Of a DNA stretch of 64,000 nt, positions 63,331 through 64,000 are shown piece by piece. The stretch's first letter is position 1, and every line of letters starts with the position of its first letter. Source of the DNA: Callorhinchus milii (lineage: Eukaryota). Below the pieces are notes generated by a model that was not told where the DNA came from, made no database searches, and saw only the letters and a list, made by a program, of their open reading frames with translations. A program made the position numbers and the translations under genes. The stretch spans positions 130,078,001-130,142,000 of the forward strand of contig NW_024704742.1 in assembly GCF_018977255.1 (NCBI RefSeq). The letters are read 5' to 3'.

Positions 63331-63480
63331 GTTTCGCAATCGGGCGTGGCCTCGTCCCCCCCCCCCCCCCCCCCCCCTTCCTTCCTCCTCCTCCACACAT
63401 TCTGCCGACGTCAGAGGAGACCACGGATATGGTTATTGTTTTCGTTCTTGGTCTCTTTGCCCTCTTCAACCCCCCTCATC
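63325..63480 (-). promoter_or_regulatory. Candidate proximal promoter with GC-box/KLF, C/EBP-like and CRE-like motifs
   Basis: GGGCGTGGC at 63342-63350, TTTCGCAAT ending at 63340, and CGACGTCA (TGACGTCG on minus) at about 63406-63413, clustered in a CpG-rich, TE-free stretch next to the candidate first exon. Confidence 0.5.
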
Positions 63481-63524
63481 GCCACCGCCACCGCCACCAC
63501 CAACCCACCCCATCCCATCTCCCC

Positions 63525-64000
63525 CACACACACACACACACACACCAATCACCCCACTCCCCGCCCGCACACACCACTCACCCGCCCGCCCGCACACACA
63601 CCACCCGCCCGCCCGCCCGCACACACACACACCACCCACCCGCCCGCACACACACACCACTCACCCACCCGCCCGCACACACACACACCACCCGCCCGCC
63701 CGCCGCACACACACACCACCCACCCGCCCGCACACACACCACTCACCCACCCGCCCGCACACACACACACCACCCGCCCCCGCCCCCGCACACACACACC
63801 ACCACCCACCCGCCCGCACACACACACACACACCACTCACCCACCCGCACACACACACCACCCCACCCACCCACCCGCACACACACACACCACCCCACCC
63901 ACCCACCCGCACACACACCACCCAACCCACCCACCCACCCGCACACACACACACACACCACTCACCCACCCGCACACACACCACCCCACCCCACACATAC
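63525..64000 (+). repeat. Compound minisatellite of (CA)n and CCACCCGCCCG units, running to the window end
   Basis: Repeated CCACCCGCCCGCACACACACACA-like units of about 20-27 nt. Confidence 0.9.

Noticed and set aside
63067..63469. Protein-coding first exon (ORFs of 80-109 aa on the minus strand)
   Set aside because: The listed starts are non-ATG or lie among promoter motifs, and the translations are dominated by G-run-derived Gly/Glu/Arg with no recognisable protein.
1..64000. A novel multi-gene system (operon, defence island, viral insert)
   Set aside because: No gene-dense segment, no long non-repetitive ORF and no recognisable viral or prokaryotic protein. The sequence is explained as intron, retroposons and a promoter region.

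Overview
Eukaryotic, vertebrate-type DNA. The repeat content (Deu-domain SINEs, LF-SINE-like pieces, shark-type CR1 3' ends, L2 LINEs) suggests a cartilaginous fish; this is an inference from remembered consensus sequences, not a database hit. I find no intact protein-coding gene and no prokaryotic system. The window is best read as the 5' end of a large minus-strand gene that I cannot name: a GC-rich promoter and first exon near 63.07-63.45 kb (donor TGA|GTAAGT at 63071/63070), about 51 kb of repeat-rich intron, and a well-formed 101-nt candidate exon at 11803-11703. The intron holds more than 20 copies of a tRNA-Ala-derived SINE in at least three age classes, plus older Deu-SINEs and decayed L2 and CR1 LINEs. 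The most notable observations are: (1) the youngest SINE subfamily carries the same 3' hairpin loop (CTCCC) as the local L2 LINE, while older subfamilies have other loops on the same stem, and one transitional copy is present; (2) SINE insertions that deleted rather than duplicated their target site; (3) three local inverted repeat pairs in the first 16 kb; (4) a G-quadruplex-type minisatellite, a homopurine tract and a CA/CCCG array around the promoter. Repeat boundaries and identity values are estimates by eye.
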